A DNA stretch of 58,354 bases, filler included, from Dugesia japonica (GCA_001938525.1; 5 parts of 5 records of this genome joined end to end with filler, not necessarily neighbours in it); one strand, 5' to 3'. Shown: positions 37,630 through 50,028, counted from the whole stretch's first letter. Program-made: numbers and translations. The notes: generated by a model from the sequence alone, not told the origin.

Positions 37630-38948
37630 TTACATTAGTATTGCTCTGTCTTATGTAATTTGTATTTCGTTTTCAAATACTCTGTAGATTATTACATATG
37701 CTGGTGAAGTCAAAGCAGTCCCAAACTTAACATCTAATCTCATATTTCCATGTTGAAGCAATTGACTCTGATTAATATCAAAGTCCGGAGCAAGTACAAA
37801 GGTAAAGAATGGATATTTCTTTCTAAACTCATCAAGTGTTATTCCACAATTTAAATTCTTGTTTAGATATCCCATATTTTTATAATGTATTATAATTATC
37901 ATTTTCAAAATCCTGAACATATGATTTTGATAATTGCTGTTTTTTGAAAGAGTTATGAATTTGACATTGAAATGATCAAAATTCGAGCTGGATGTTTTAG
38001 GTGTCCATTATATCGATTTCTACTATGAAATATTACCAGCAAAAAGTTTGGTAATCAACGATCTCCAAAGATTTGCGCCTTATAAAACGTTGTACTATCT
38101 TTACTGATTGCATAAACTACAATTTCCTTGGTTCTTATTGGATAAACAACATTTTGCTTAGCAAGTCCTATTTGATGACCTGTTAGTACAGATGATTCAA
38201 CTCGAACTCTTCTAACCATCAATTTNNNNNNNAGCAATACAAATTTTGGTTCTTCAGTTACAGATTCTAAACCCATTCTATTGGCTGCTCTCTTCAATCG
38301 AATGTGTACAATAACACCAGGAATAATGTACTTTGGTTGATCCATGAAATCAAGTTGCAAAGAACCGCATAGAGACAACGACTTTGATAATTTAATCGAA
38401 TTTTGTCTGTCATCTTTATCTCCATAACAAATTGCTGCAAGATAAATTTTCTTAGTATCTCCATTATAATTCAAAACAGTTTCAATCATAGCCTTTTGAA
38501 TATAAGTTTCATTATCCCCTTCGATTTTGTTATTNNNNNNNNNNNNNNNNNNNNNNNNNNNNNNNNNNNNNNNNNNNNNNNNNNAATTCAAAACAGTTTC
38601 AATCATAGCCTTTTGAATATAAGTTTCATTATCCCCTTCGATTTTGTTATTGTTGAATCAAAGGACAACATCTTTAAACAGAGTATGAAACATATAGTTG
38701 CTCGGTACTACATCAGATTTTTCACTCAAGTCTTTTCGAATTTTATCAACAACTCTTACTTGTACATACAGTAATGTATCATTCAAATCGAGATAATTAG
38801 TTTGCGATCCATTTATAAAAAACTCTACATCATTTTTACTTTCAGAAATTGAATTCATTGGAAACACATCTTCAAATGATCCATATTCAATAACACCTTG
38901 AGGATTTGGACTATCAAAAATATATAGTTCAGTTTTTCCACAAATCAT
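37630..38948 (-). pseudogene. Polinton major capsid protein (double jelly-roll), copy 1
   Basis: KTELYIF, VEFFING, YLDLNDTLLYVQV, MFHTLFKDV, KAMIETVLNY, LDFMDQPKYIIPGV.VHIRLKR, KLMVRRV and GNMRLDVKF..AL; contains stops and frameshifts. Confidence 0.9.
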
Positions 38949-39318
38949 TTTTCAAATATAGTTCCATTGCCATTCTTTTGTTTATACTTGAATGATTACG
39001 CTTTATTCCAGCACCTTTGAGTTTTGATTCATTTGTAGTGTTGTCTTTTGACATTATTTTCGTTACTTCTGGAGAAGCCATAATATCCTTGAATTCTGTC
39101 ATAGCACTTGTTTTGATAGAAGGTAAAATATTTGCTTTATTATTTATTACATCATGTGCTGTTTTCATGCCAATAGCTCCAATACGTCTAAGAATAGGCA
39201 AAACAAATCTACCTATTGTTTGCAACCATCCAGATCAAAGCTGTTTTTCTACAAAGTATGGTAATTCACCACCAACTTGACTAGTACTATAAGGTTTAAT
39301 AATATCGGGATTAGACAT
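38929..39318 (-). pseudogene. Polinton core/membrane-active virion protein (QxGG site plus amphipathic helix), one in-frame stop
   Basis: MSNPDIIKPYSTSQVGGELPYFVEKQL*SGWLQTIGRFVLPILRRIGAIGMKTAHDV... lies between the minor and major capsid genes, the usual position. Confidence 0.75.
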
Positions 39319-39870
39319 TTACTTTGTAGATGTAGAGGGAAATGAGTTTTTGAGTCTTTAGCAAAGTTGATTAATTCTCCATTATCACTTCGGATATTGA
39401 TTTCCATATTGTTTATTCATGAAGTGGCAACTGGTAAATACATTAGATTCTTGATTATTATCTGATCATCTTCATAATTCTACAACCATACAGATTTCAA
39501 CAAAAAAACATTAACATCACCAACAATTATAGATTCAACAATATTACTATAGATGATCATTTGATGTGGATTAGTGATTAATTTCGGATATTTAACAACA
39601 ATGAATTAAGTGTGGACTATATTTCTATAATCACGAGTATATGTTTGTCTGTCTAATCACAATGATTTTGCCAAAAAATTGTCGAACTTAACACTTTTGA
39701 CTTTTTCCAACCACGAAAATCGGAATGGTTCATAGTTTTTTATAGTAATTTAAAGTATTCAATCCAAATCTTTTGGCATCTTCTAAATTGTCAATTATTA
39801 CAAAATAATTATGATGTTTTAATATGATAGACAATGTTCTTTCATTAATCACCTCAAAACCAACTGCTTA
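39319..39870 (-). pseudogene. Polinton minor capsid protein (penton), 3' part, copy 1
   Basis: HQMIIYSNIVESIIVGDV, LLKSVW, MYLPV, INNMEINIRSDNGELINF and LHL. Confidence 0.8.
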
Positions 39871-40429
39871 CTATTGTGCCCGATTTTTTGTGCTCGTAGT
39901 TTGGAGCTCGATTTTTTTTCTAAGATTTTAAGAATCAAATTTTTTTTGATCCTGAGGTTGTGTGTGTTTGGGTTGCTAATAAGGTTTCTAAAAAGTAGGT
40001 CAAGTTGAGTTTATGTGTATGTGTGTGAAAGAGTGAACTTGGACTCGAGGAAGAGTTGGAAATCTTGGAAATAACTTTTTTTTTAAAGTTTTTTTAGATT
40101 TAGTTGTTGTTGGACAAAGATTTGGTCTATATATTGTCTAAAAGACTTATGATTTGGTATGGATGGTTTGTCCTAGGACTATAGTAGCGCACTGGCACAT
40201 GCGTATGAGTTATCGTGGGGTGTTTGTTTGGGAGGTTGTAGGTTTGTATGTGGTTGATGGATTTGGATGGTTGATGAATTGTAATGTGATGGAGAACATT
40301 TTGAATGTCGATTGTGACTTAATTTCTGATTTTTAGTGCCTGAATTTGATTTGTTGATATTTGCAAGTAGTATAAGTGTGTTAAAAAAATTTCGGGAGGG
40401 GAAGAGTGGTACTGGTGGAAAGAATTAAT

Positions 40430-40880
40430 TATCGGATTTTTTAAGATTTATTTGAAATTTTTCTGCAGGCGGGTGTGACGTAAAAGTGTTTTGAAAATAT
40501 AAAAACAACGCAGATAATATTTTTACTCATGTAATGTGTTATCGACCCACCCCCCACATTACTACTACTGTGTCGTGTGTAAGTTTATTTATTACCTACT
40601 TACTCATTATATAATAACGTGGGGGGCTCGGTAATACATAACGCATAATTGTGTAATTGCGTAAAATATTAAAAAAAAATTAAATAAGTGATAAAATAAC
40701 AAAATTTTCTTGTTTTAATTAACAAATAATTTTTTTTGTTTTAATTAACAAATAATTTTTTTTGTTTTAATTAACAAATAAATTAAGTGGAAAATTCAAA
40801 TTTCAAAAAACTTTTGTCGGAAAATTTAAAGAAAAATATTTTTTGGCGGGAAATTTAAAAATATTTTTTTGGCGGGATAA
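40430..40880. repeat. Two abutting inverted Polinton terminus (TIR)-like sequences
   Basis: ACTACTACT at 40561-40569 (AGTAGTAGT on the minus strand). The minus-strand arm AATGTGGGGGGTGGGTCGATAACACATTAC mirrors the plus-strand arm AACGTGGGGGGCTCGGTAATACATAAC at 40616-40642. Tandem ~26-bp repeats at 40711-40780. Confidence 0.6.
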
Positions 40881-40981
40881 CATTTTAAAAAAACATTTAG
40901 AAACCAAATAAATAACTACCATTGTTTGAGGTTTTGTTCTTGACCAGGATGAATCGAATGAACGGTTTTATGGAAAAAAAA

Positions 40982-43337
40982 TTATATGATACTATAGTGA
41001 CCATATATGGACACTTTTATTTTTGCCTATCCATATGCGCTTATTATCTGTATTTGTTAGCGCTATTTTATTTCACTTAATGCTGTAGATGGTTTTTAGA
41101 TGTTAATCTAAATTGCTCTAATGACGCCAATTTGTTTTCATTATAACGGTCAAGGAAAGACTGGTGAGAAATTTCAGTTTTCTTCAATGTTAAGCCTTTG
41201 GCTCTCATGCTGTTCTTTTCTCTCATCAGACTATAGCATTTCGGCCTAAAAAATACCCATTCTTGATACTTCTTCCATTTATTCTTATCTTTGAATTTCC
41301 CTATAACTGATTGCATACTGTTACTATAAAGGGTATGATCTATATCATAATTCAAAGTATCAAGTAACTGATCTCTCACCATACTTGCTGTTATTTTTAC
41401 TAATTTAATATTTTCTATTTCTAGAAAAGAACTACCTGTATCGCCGGCTACAATATTAATCTTACATTTAAATTCCTTCCTATACTTGTCCAACTCAAGG
41501 TAGTGAAGTTTGTACATTCTCAATTTTGAGAGGTCAAGTACAGTTTGTTCTATGTACCTTGGACGATCTAAGCAAACATCTCCTTATTGAAATGAACAGC
41601 TATCAAATCATCATCAATTTTTGTTGTTTTCTTAAATCTGACTTTTGATGTATATGTAATCAGCTTCTTTGCTAAATTTTATAAGCACAGATTAATCCTG
41701 TTCTTAAGATTTTCTACTGATTTTCCATATAAACTATTATTTAACAGTTTATAATAATTTTTATTCAATTCCGTAACACAATTTGATCTTAGAATTGTGT
41801 TGTTGTTGATATAATTCTCGAAAATTGAAGCCTGGCTGAATTTAACTTCTCGATGAACCTCTGTTACTTGAACTACTAAATTTAAATACATCTGCAGCAA
41901 TTTCCAGTGCACTACGTATTTGTTCTTAGAGTAGTGCGTTAATATTAATTTCTTCACTTTACAACTTGGAGCGCTTCTATGTTCTGCTGCAATTGGTAAA
42001 TCACTCAAATAATCATGAATTTCTGCTGGAATCACTATGTCCACCTTTAGTGTGTATCCATATGGCAATGAATCTAGGTATGCATTCTCACACTCTTCCA
42101 AAACCCTTTCTAATCCATTATTGATTCATTCAAAATTTGCAAAGGGTAACTTTTGACTAAGTGCACAACCATATAGATTATTAATATCTAAATACAACAA
42201 GTCAACATTTTCACTAGTGGCAACATGGTGCTTGTTAACGAATGTTAACCCTCCTCTAATACCTCCTTGAAAATGGTATAAATATCGTTATCTTGAACCA
42301 ATCAATTAGTTTTTCTAATGACATTAACGTAGATGCCCATGACATTCCAGGTATTCCAAAGAAATTCAACGGCTTTAAGTTGTTGTGTGCTAAAGACTTT
42401 GCACAAAATTGCTAGAAAAAATCTGCTAATTAATACACATCCAGCTTTAAATATAACAACATATAGTCCAGCAAATTTGGGAAACTGAATATTTCCCACA
42501 TCGATAATGCTTTCTTATACTTTTCACTACCAACATCCTCCCATTTTGGTGGCATTTGCTTTGTTTCTTCCAGATCCTGTAGGTTCGTAACAAAACTGTA
42601 CGGAAATATCCCCTTTGACTTGGTAATAATCTGATTCTGAAACTCATCTGTAGTCAAAGGTGTCACTTTTAAGGATTTGACAGCAGAGTCTTATGAGAAA
42701 TTTATGAACTGATAACTGTCGATTAATTTAATTGTTGTTTGATTTTGCCGTACAATTAAACATAGAAAATTTTCTGATGTTGTGGGGATGCAGGATATTT
42801 CCCGATTCTTGAACTTGTTAAAACCATACTTGTGGATATGATGAAGATCATATCCTCGTAAATTATGAAAGACCACTGGTAGTTGAATATGGAATTTCCT
42901 ACTTAAATTGCATTGGTTGCATGTTGCTTCTCTATATTTCCCTGTGGAATGGTCATGGTCACGAACGGGATCTCTTATTTCCTTCTTACATAAATAACAA
43001 ATTTTGGCAGCTTTGAATTCTTTATCTTTATCTATTGTTATTATAATTTTACTTTTTCATTTTGTTTCATAATACGGAAACACAATTTTTTCGCTTATTT
43101 TCTCCTAAGCCTTTAAAAAATTTTACACACAGTCATCTCCAATAAACTGTCTGTATTTTGTTTCGTTGGTAAAATTATTAACCAACAACAGACCAGCCAA
43201 AAAAGTTAAATGTTTCTGGAAATGCTTCTATTTTGGAGGTAAAACCAACTCAAAATCCGCAGATATCACAAAAGGTGGTGTTATAGTTTTCGAATAATCC
43301 TTAAAAATCAAGTTCTTCTCCGATGGCATCGTATACA
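40982..43337 (-). pseudogene. Protein-primed DNA polymerase B (pPolB) with endonuclease-VII insertion, copy 1
   Basis: PPFVISADFE, VRDHDHSTGKYR..CNQCN, VVFHNLRGYD, IDSYQF, KGIFPYSFV, YLKLDV, GIRGG, YLDINNLYG, YKLLNNSLYGKSVEN, AGDTGS, RPKCYS, DNKR and YGHY; many frameshifts. Confidence 0.95.
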
Positions 43338-43625
43338 TTGTTCATCAATTATTTCCAAGCTGTTCCAATCAACTGATTCAATATTTATTGCTTCTTGTAC
43401 AATATTTGCTGTTTCTTCTTCCGGTTCCAAATTGATTATTTCTTAGACATATTCAATTAATTCAACAGGTTTACCCTTAATTATTATTTCTTCAACATCA
43501 TCTTCCATAACAATTATTTCAACTGGTTCATTCTTAACTGTTATTTCGTCCATCTTAATTCTCTTATTTACTGATGCTTCATAAAATTCACTATCTATCT
43601 GTCTATCTAATATTGATTTTAATAT

Positions 43626-43725
43626 NNNNNNNNNNNNNNNNNNNNNNNNNNNNNNNNNNNNNNNNNNNNTTAATTAATTAANNNNNNNNNNNNNNNNNNN
43701 NNNNNNNNNNNNNNNNNNNNNNNNN
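43626..43725. other. Artificial scaffold-joining linker
   Basis: 44N-TTAATTAATTAA-44N. Confidence 0.95.
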
Positions 43726-44296
43726 AAAACTTTCAAAATAAGTAAAAAGCGCGACTTTCTTTAGTTTCTTGTTATTTTCTAATATTCAAATATCTATTAA
43801 GATAAATATATTTTTTTGAAATTGTAAAATATTTCTAAAAACGATTTCAATACTTAAGTCCAATAAAATTTCTCCTAATAATTACAATTAATTTACATTT
43901 AGAAATTTAGTTTTTCTTTTCTTCATAAAAATTTCACGTTAAGTTCATTTATACAATTTTGCTTTGAAGAAATTTATGTCTACTATTAAATAGTAATTGT
44001 TTTAAAGTTTTTGCTCTTGCTATTTATCTAATTGAAAAAATTATCTTCATGTTTTATAGAGCAGTGCTCTGCAACCTGGGTGCCATGCTACACATTTGTG
44101 CGTGGGCCGATACAGGTGTGCCCAGATCAAATAAAAAAAATTCTNNNNNNNNNNNNNNNNNNNNNNNNNNNNNNNNNNNNNNNNNNNNNNNNNNNNNNNN
44201 NNNNNNATGTTTAAAAGATGACCCAAAAAACACAAGATAAAAAAACCCCCAAAAATTACACGTTTCAAGAATACATTTTTAAACTTTTCAAAAGTC

Positions 44297-44331
44297 AATT
44301 TCTGACGAAGACAAAGTCGAAATATAGAATT
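44297..44331 (+). ncRNA. Minimal type-I hammerhead ribozyme motif, second copy
   Basis: AATTT CTGACGA A GAC AAA GTC GAAA TA TA GAATT: perfect stem II, and stem I with one U-G pair. Confidence 0.65.
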
Positions 44332-44489
44332 ATTATCTAAAACCAAAAAAAACAAATTTTGATCAAATCTTTTATTTTAATGAATATATAATTTATGTTA
44401 AAAAATAACCCTAAAATTTAACATTTTCAAAAAAATAAATATGTTAAAGATTTACACTAAAAAATACATAATTATAATATAATTAAACA

Positions 44490-44607
44490 TTCAAAATATG
44501 ACCCTAAAAAAACACATGTTTAAAATATGACTCTAAAAAACACATGTTTAAAATATGACCCTAAAAAAACACATGTTTAAAAAATGACCCTAAAAAACAC
44601 ATGTTCA
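44490..44607. repeat. ~28-bp minisatellite (AAAATATGACCCTAAAAAAACACATGTTT)
   Basis: Four tandem copies; related copies flank the gap near 44210. Confidence 0.85.
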
Positions 44608-46142
44608 AATTCTACACCTGGGTTCATTTTTTGAATAAGATCCAAAATTCTAACTAAATGGTTTTTAAAAGTTCATTTCTTAGAAACAAAATAAAGAGAG
44701 TACGTGTAATAAAAGAAGATTTTTAATAAAATATATTGAAGAATTCAATTTTTTTAAATAAAACATATTTTAAATTTGAAAATTTTATTTTTCAAATTAT
44801 TATCTATAGAGTTTAGTTTTACCAAAAATATGAATTATCATAAACAAAAAAATTAATTTTCAAATCAATAAACATACTCTCCAAGTATGTTAATTCACAC
44901 CGTGTTTACAAATTATTTCTGTTCAACACTAACTTTTTGCGTTTGATATCTAGTAACAAAGAGCATGTTAGATNNNNNNNNNNNNNNNNNNNNNNNNNNN
45001 NNNNNNNNNNNNNNNNNNNNNNACGCAGCTAACACAAAATAGAAAAACATAATTGATCAAAATGATTTCTTTGGAATCCCGAAAATTTGATATCATAACT
45101 TTATGAGCCGATTTCATAGTAATCGCTTTCTTTGGAAACGGAGAATTTCAAAGTTTCCACGGTTTAGACTGTTGTTTAGTTTTAGCATATCTCATCTGTG
45201 TTAATAAATTTTCACATAAAATCATTTGTACTCCTTTGAAAACGATTAAAACCCTCTTGAGAAATATTCATTCTTACGAGTCTTTGATAATCTCTAAGCA
45301 AACAGGACCCCCATTTTACACTTAACCTTTTCCTATATTATTCTTTATGTAATAGTAGATAGATACTTGCGGATTGGAATACCCACCACTGGGAGTGTTT
45401 TACTATTTTTACTTTCCTTGTATTTTCTTTGGCAGACACAATTGACTTGAAAAGTGTTTGGTTTTCAAATTTTATTGGTCGAAAATCGGCGTAAGAAATT
45501 TTGAATTTCAGTTTGAAATATTCTTGGTCAAAAGTTGTTGTATTGCATCGAATTTGAAACCATTTGACTATGAATTAAAACTGTCTACACGTTGTTTTTT
45601 TGCGATAAACTGTTCCTTCTCGAGATAAAATATAATTACCCTTTTAAATATAAATTATAACTATAACTATAAAAAAATAATAATTCTTAAAATATTTTGA
45701 TATCATTTAACTCAGTGTTAAAAACTGCCTATATTGNCTAAAGAACTACTTTCGAAAATTCCTTACTTATCATCTGAAGAGATACAAGCGCACTTGAAAT
45801 CCCTCAACTGTGTTTTACTATTTTGACTGTTTTATTTTCTTTCATTTTTAATGGTCAATAAATTTCAATGAATAATTAATGTGTTTTATGTGTAAAATAT
45901 TGTTTTTCAACGTGAAATCTTTTTAAATTATGTTTTGTTTAAAAATTTGCACACGTCATTTCATTTTTAGAGTAAAATTTTGAATTTTAACGAGTTGTTA
46001 AATTGAGCTAATTACATAAATTAAAAACTTTTATTAAAAATTTCAAGTATTCTATAAATTTTATAATATTAATTTATTTTTCTAATAACTGGTAAAATTT
46101 TTTATTAGTATTGAAAATTTCAAATTTTTATAAACTTTATTT

Positions 46143-46400
46143 TTGATAAAATTTAAAACTAATGATTTAAAATTTAAATTGATAAAATTTAAAACTAATG
46201 ATTTAAAATTTAAATTGATAAAATTTAAAATAATAAAATTTACATTGATAAAATTTAAAATAATAAAATTTACATTGATTAAATTTAAAATAATAAAATT
46301 TACATTGATTAAATTTAGAATAATGAAATTTACATTGATTAAATTTAAAATAATAAAATTTACATTGATAAAATTTAAAATAATAAAATTTACATTGAAA
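46143..46400. repeat. 30/36-bp AT-rich minisatellite
   Basis: Tandem TTGATAAAATTTAAAATAATAAAATTTACA units; these explain the spurious ORFs 46143-46514 and 46203-46409. Confidence 0.9.
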
Positions 46401-46476
46401 GCATACCATTTACATTATAAAACTTACAAAATTATTGACAAAAATAAAAACAACTTATTTACAGGATTTATTAAAA

Positions 46477-47298
46477 TAGGGGCGCAAAAAGTCCGTGGAC
46501 TTTTAAATAGGTGATTTAAATAGTAAAAAAATAACTAAAATAATAACAACATGAAATGCATAAAATTTTATTTAATAGTAATTATTTTCAAAGATTACTC
46601 CATTTGTGTTGATACAAGCTTGAAGACGTCTTGGAAACTAGTCGATCACGACGCACATTTTTTTCGATAATTTTTTTCTATACTTTCAACAGATCACGTT
46701 TTAATGACTTCAACAAATTATAGGACTTATCACAAGCTTTTGCCAAAAGAATTCAGCATATTGTATAATCAGGAGAGTTCAAATCTGGCGAGTAACGACG
46801 ACCATTCATGCGATACGAAAAAATACCATTTTTGACAAAGTTCATCTCTGCTTTACCTGAAAATAACATTGCAACCAAATGCATGGTTTCTGTAGGTCTG
46901 TAAGTGCAAGAAACAATTCTATATATTTTGTTGGCTGGTTTAGAGCTAGGAAAAAGCACTATATTGCGTTGGATGTTGTGTGCTTGCTCTATGCTAAAAG
47001 ATTCATCCTCCGAAAAATCATACTTTTATCAAATTTCTTCCCACTCTCGCCCTAGCCGGCGACATCTTTCTAGTCTTGTTGAACATTTATTTCTCGTTGA
47101 AGTGCTGATATTCTTTGAGCTTCAAGGACTTAAACTTAAGCTCATTTTTGACTAAATTGTGTATGCTGGACTCACAAAAGTCTATTTATTTTGCTATCTT
47201 TATCATTGTTTCTCTGACGTTATGCCTTACACAATACTTAACGAATTTGTGATTTTCAGGAGTGTTTGAATTTCAAGGTCGGTCCATTGTGTGTCCTA
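46477..47298 (-). mobile_element. Tc1/mariner superfamily element, maT (DD37D)-like, deleted
   Basis: YSPDLNSPDYTIC*ILLAKAC...LKSLKRDL...ID*FPRRLQACINTNGVIFE matches the maT/mori C-terminus. Confidence 0.75.
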
Positions 47299-48696
47299 AC
47301 TATTTCAAAATGCTGTTTTTTTAATTAGGTAATGCAATTATAACTACACGTTTACTTATCTTATCAAATAACATATTTACAATGTCATATTAAACAAAAA
47401 AATATAATCAAATGATACATAATTAAATATGGATTATATCAATATTCAATTTTATGTTTTCTTTGTTACTTTGATCGCATTTCATATGATTTGCATTTAA
47501 AGTCTAAAAATAAATACATTAGAATATTGAAGTAATAGTGAATCAATCAAGTTACTTGAATAAATTGATTTGATCGAACACTAGAAAAGTATCACATGTT
47601 ATGTAATGTGTGGTGTCCATATGAAATGCTTATGTTCATGTTTATCTAGACTCTTGTCATTATTTAGTGATGAAAGAAAATACTTCTAATATAAAATTAT
47701 CATATAATGATAATAAATTGAAATTTGGGAAACTTGAAAATGTAAAACGATTTGGATTTGACAATTTAAATAATGACATTGAAATTGCAGACACTTTTTT
47801 TTCTTTCTGACGTTAAAAAACGATGATTCGATAAAACCATAAAAATAAAGTTATTTTATTCAATAGAAACTATCAATGTCATTCAGTTTAAAGATGATTT
47901 GTACATAAGGGAAATATATCAATTGAATAAATATTTGGTAAGAAATTGTTTTAATATTGTTAGGGTGAAACACTTTGTATAAGAAGTAATAATGGTGATG
48001 AGTAAGACAGGAATTGAAGAAAGGATATGAAAAAGAGAAAGGAAGAATCTAGCTGATAAAGGGTCGGAAAAAATTAGTTGAGGAAATTAGTAGGAATTTA
48101 AAACTATGCCATAACTAAAACAATCTGGAAATAAAAGGAATAACTTAGTAAATGAAAGAAAAAAAACGACAGAAACTATCAACAGACAGAAAAGACAAAG
48201 ACAGTGACAAGTAATTACAAAGCGATCAATTCCGTAGGCGAAACAAAGAAAATCAAATTAAAATAATAATTGAAGAGGAAGAAAATAATTTAAACGAGTT
48301 AATTAATAAAAGAAAACGACGAAATTAAATTAAAATTCAATTTGAAAACGAAAGTCGGCAATCCAATTAATAAATTAAGAAGAAAAGAAAATAAATAATT
48401 TATTTTATTAAATAGAATAAATTATACAAATTAAAATAATTTATTCTAAAAAGAAATTTAATTTATACAGAAATATTGAAAAAAGAAGGCTTATGGTTTA
48501 GAAAAAAATTATCAGTAAAAAAAATTAAAGTTGAAAAAACCCAGAGATTTCAAAAATCCAAACCAGAAGACCATAGCTAGATCAGGAAAGAATGTTGTAA
48601 AGATTTTAAAATTAAACAATCAAATTCAAATAATTTTGGAATTCCAATTGTCTGTATAATAATAAGAAGTCAGGTGACAGAATATGAGTATCTTGT

Positions 48697-48777
48697 CCAA
48701 TGAAAACACAAGAAAAATAAGAACATGTGTATTGGCCAATGAGAAAAAAGAAGGCGTATTCAAATTTAGTATAAATA
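48697..48777 (+). promoter_or_regulatory. Pol II promoter-like cluster (CCAAT boxes and TATA)
   Basis: CCAAT at 48697, ATTGGCCAAT at 48731 and TATAAATA at 48770; GTAAGA donor at 48852 downstream. Confidence 0.4.
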
Positions 48778-49758
48778 CCGCTCAATTTTAGACATCAATC
48801 ATCATAAATTTCCACTAAAAATAAGCAATTGGAATTATCGATATTGAAGTGGTAAGAATTTGTCTGATTTGTATTTTTCAATAACGGTTTCCAACTTGGC
48901 AGATCTATCAATTAGAAAAAAAATCAAATGAACTAGTTTTCATAGCAACCAACGATAAAATATAAGGTTAGTAATCGTAGCATATAAGTGCATGTATGGT
49001 AGACAATTGCTGGCGTACTGAAATTATGCATCAATGATTAATCAATTCATCACAAGAAAAATAGTTGCGCACGAATGCACAGCAGTAAAACAGTGGTCAT
49101 CAGTGGGAAATAATACTTAAAAATTGTCATAACAACTACAAATCAATCAGGTGCTTCCTATTCTACAGTTTAGAAATTAATAGAATTTTAGTAATGATAA
49201 TTAAGTTTCCTGTAATCAAATGTTTTTTGTTAATTGTAAAGAGATAGGTAATTTATTAAAAAGTTACATAATGGTAAATAAGTTTTCATTGAGTAATGAT
49301 AGTAATTAAAATTTCCTATAAATGATTTATTACAGTAATATTTCATTAATGGTTTACATTTATAATGTCTTATCATGATAATTTATAACTATAATATAAA
49401 GATATACCTCCCTCTTAAAATAAATGGGAATGAACCATCCCTAACTAATAATATTGATCTATTAAAGACTGTAAAAATAGAAATAAGGATAAGTATGTTA
49501 ATAATAGTTAATGATGACAATAATAAATATTTCCTCCTAATAATAATTCATTGGGTAGTAATGCTAAACAATAATAATTATAAAATTGACCCTCAATAGT
49601 TGATAAATATTGATAATAATAATAATTTTCTTTAATGAAATCCGGTTATTTAAAAGGGATAGTTTCCATTATTAGCAATAACTAAATTAATGAAAAATTG
49701 TAAGAGTATAAGTGATAAATATTAACAACCAATAATAAATCACAATCTTAATGCTTAA

Positions 49759-50028
49759 CTAATAACTATAAGGCATATGAATGATTTCTAAGTATGGATT
49801 CAGAACGTTAGAGCATAAAGGACAAACACACTTTTCCATAACCCTCGATATTAAATCTTGATGACAACAATAATAGCCATAACTCCCGTAATATATTTTT
49901 AATATCCTGCTAAAATGATAATCATGAAAGTAATAACATTCAGATATCATGATATGATTCAAAAAACTGTCGCTATTATCATTGACAATAAGGATTAGGC
50001 GCGCTTCATCGCGTAAAGCGAGTATCAT
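49759..50028 (-). CDS. Hypothetical Cys/His-rich protein with RING-like C-terminus (possibly degenerate Polinton accessory gene)
   Basis: YYCCHQDL...KCVCPLC near the C-terminus; lies immediately upstream of and divergent from the capsid module. Confidence 0.3.
   Translation of the reverse strand: MILALRDEARLILIVNDNSDSFLNHIMISECYYFHDYHFSRILKIYYGSYGYYCCHQDLISRVMEKCVCPLCSNVLNPYLEIIHMPYSY

Noticed and set aside
38468-38651. Exact direct duplication within the MCP gene
   Set aside because: The two copies flank an N gap, typical of unmerged contig overlap.
38929-39318. Alternative genetic code or readthrough to explain in-frame TGA/TAA in viral genes
   Set aside because: Stops co-occur with frameshifts and differ between copies; PP2Ac and ATG4 read normally in the standard code.
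45050-45650. Weak Gypsy integrase-like fragments (QIFGIPK) on the minus strand
   Set aside because: Too degraded to support a call.
45773-45805. CTGAAGA...GAAA as another hammerhead
   Set aside because: Stem II is not adjacent to the core and there is no stem I complement.
46143-46514. 123-aa repetitive ORF
   Set aside because: Translation of a minisatellite.
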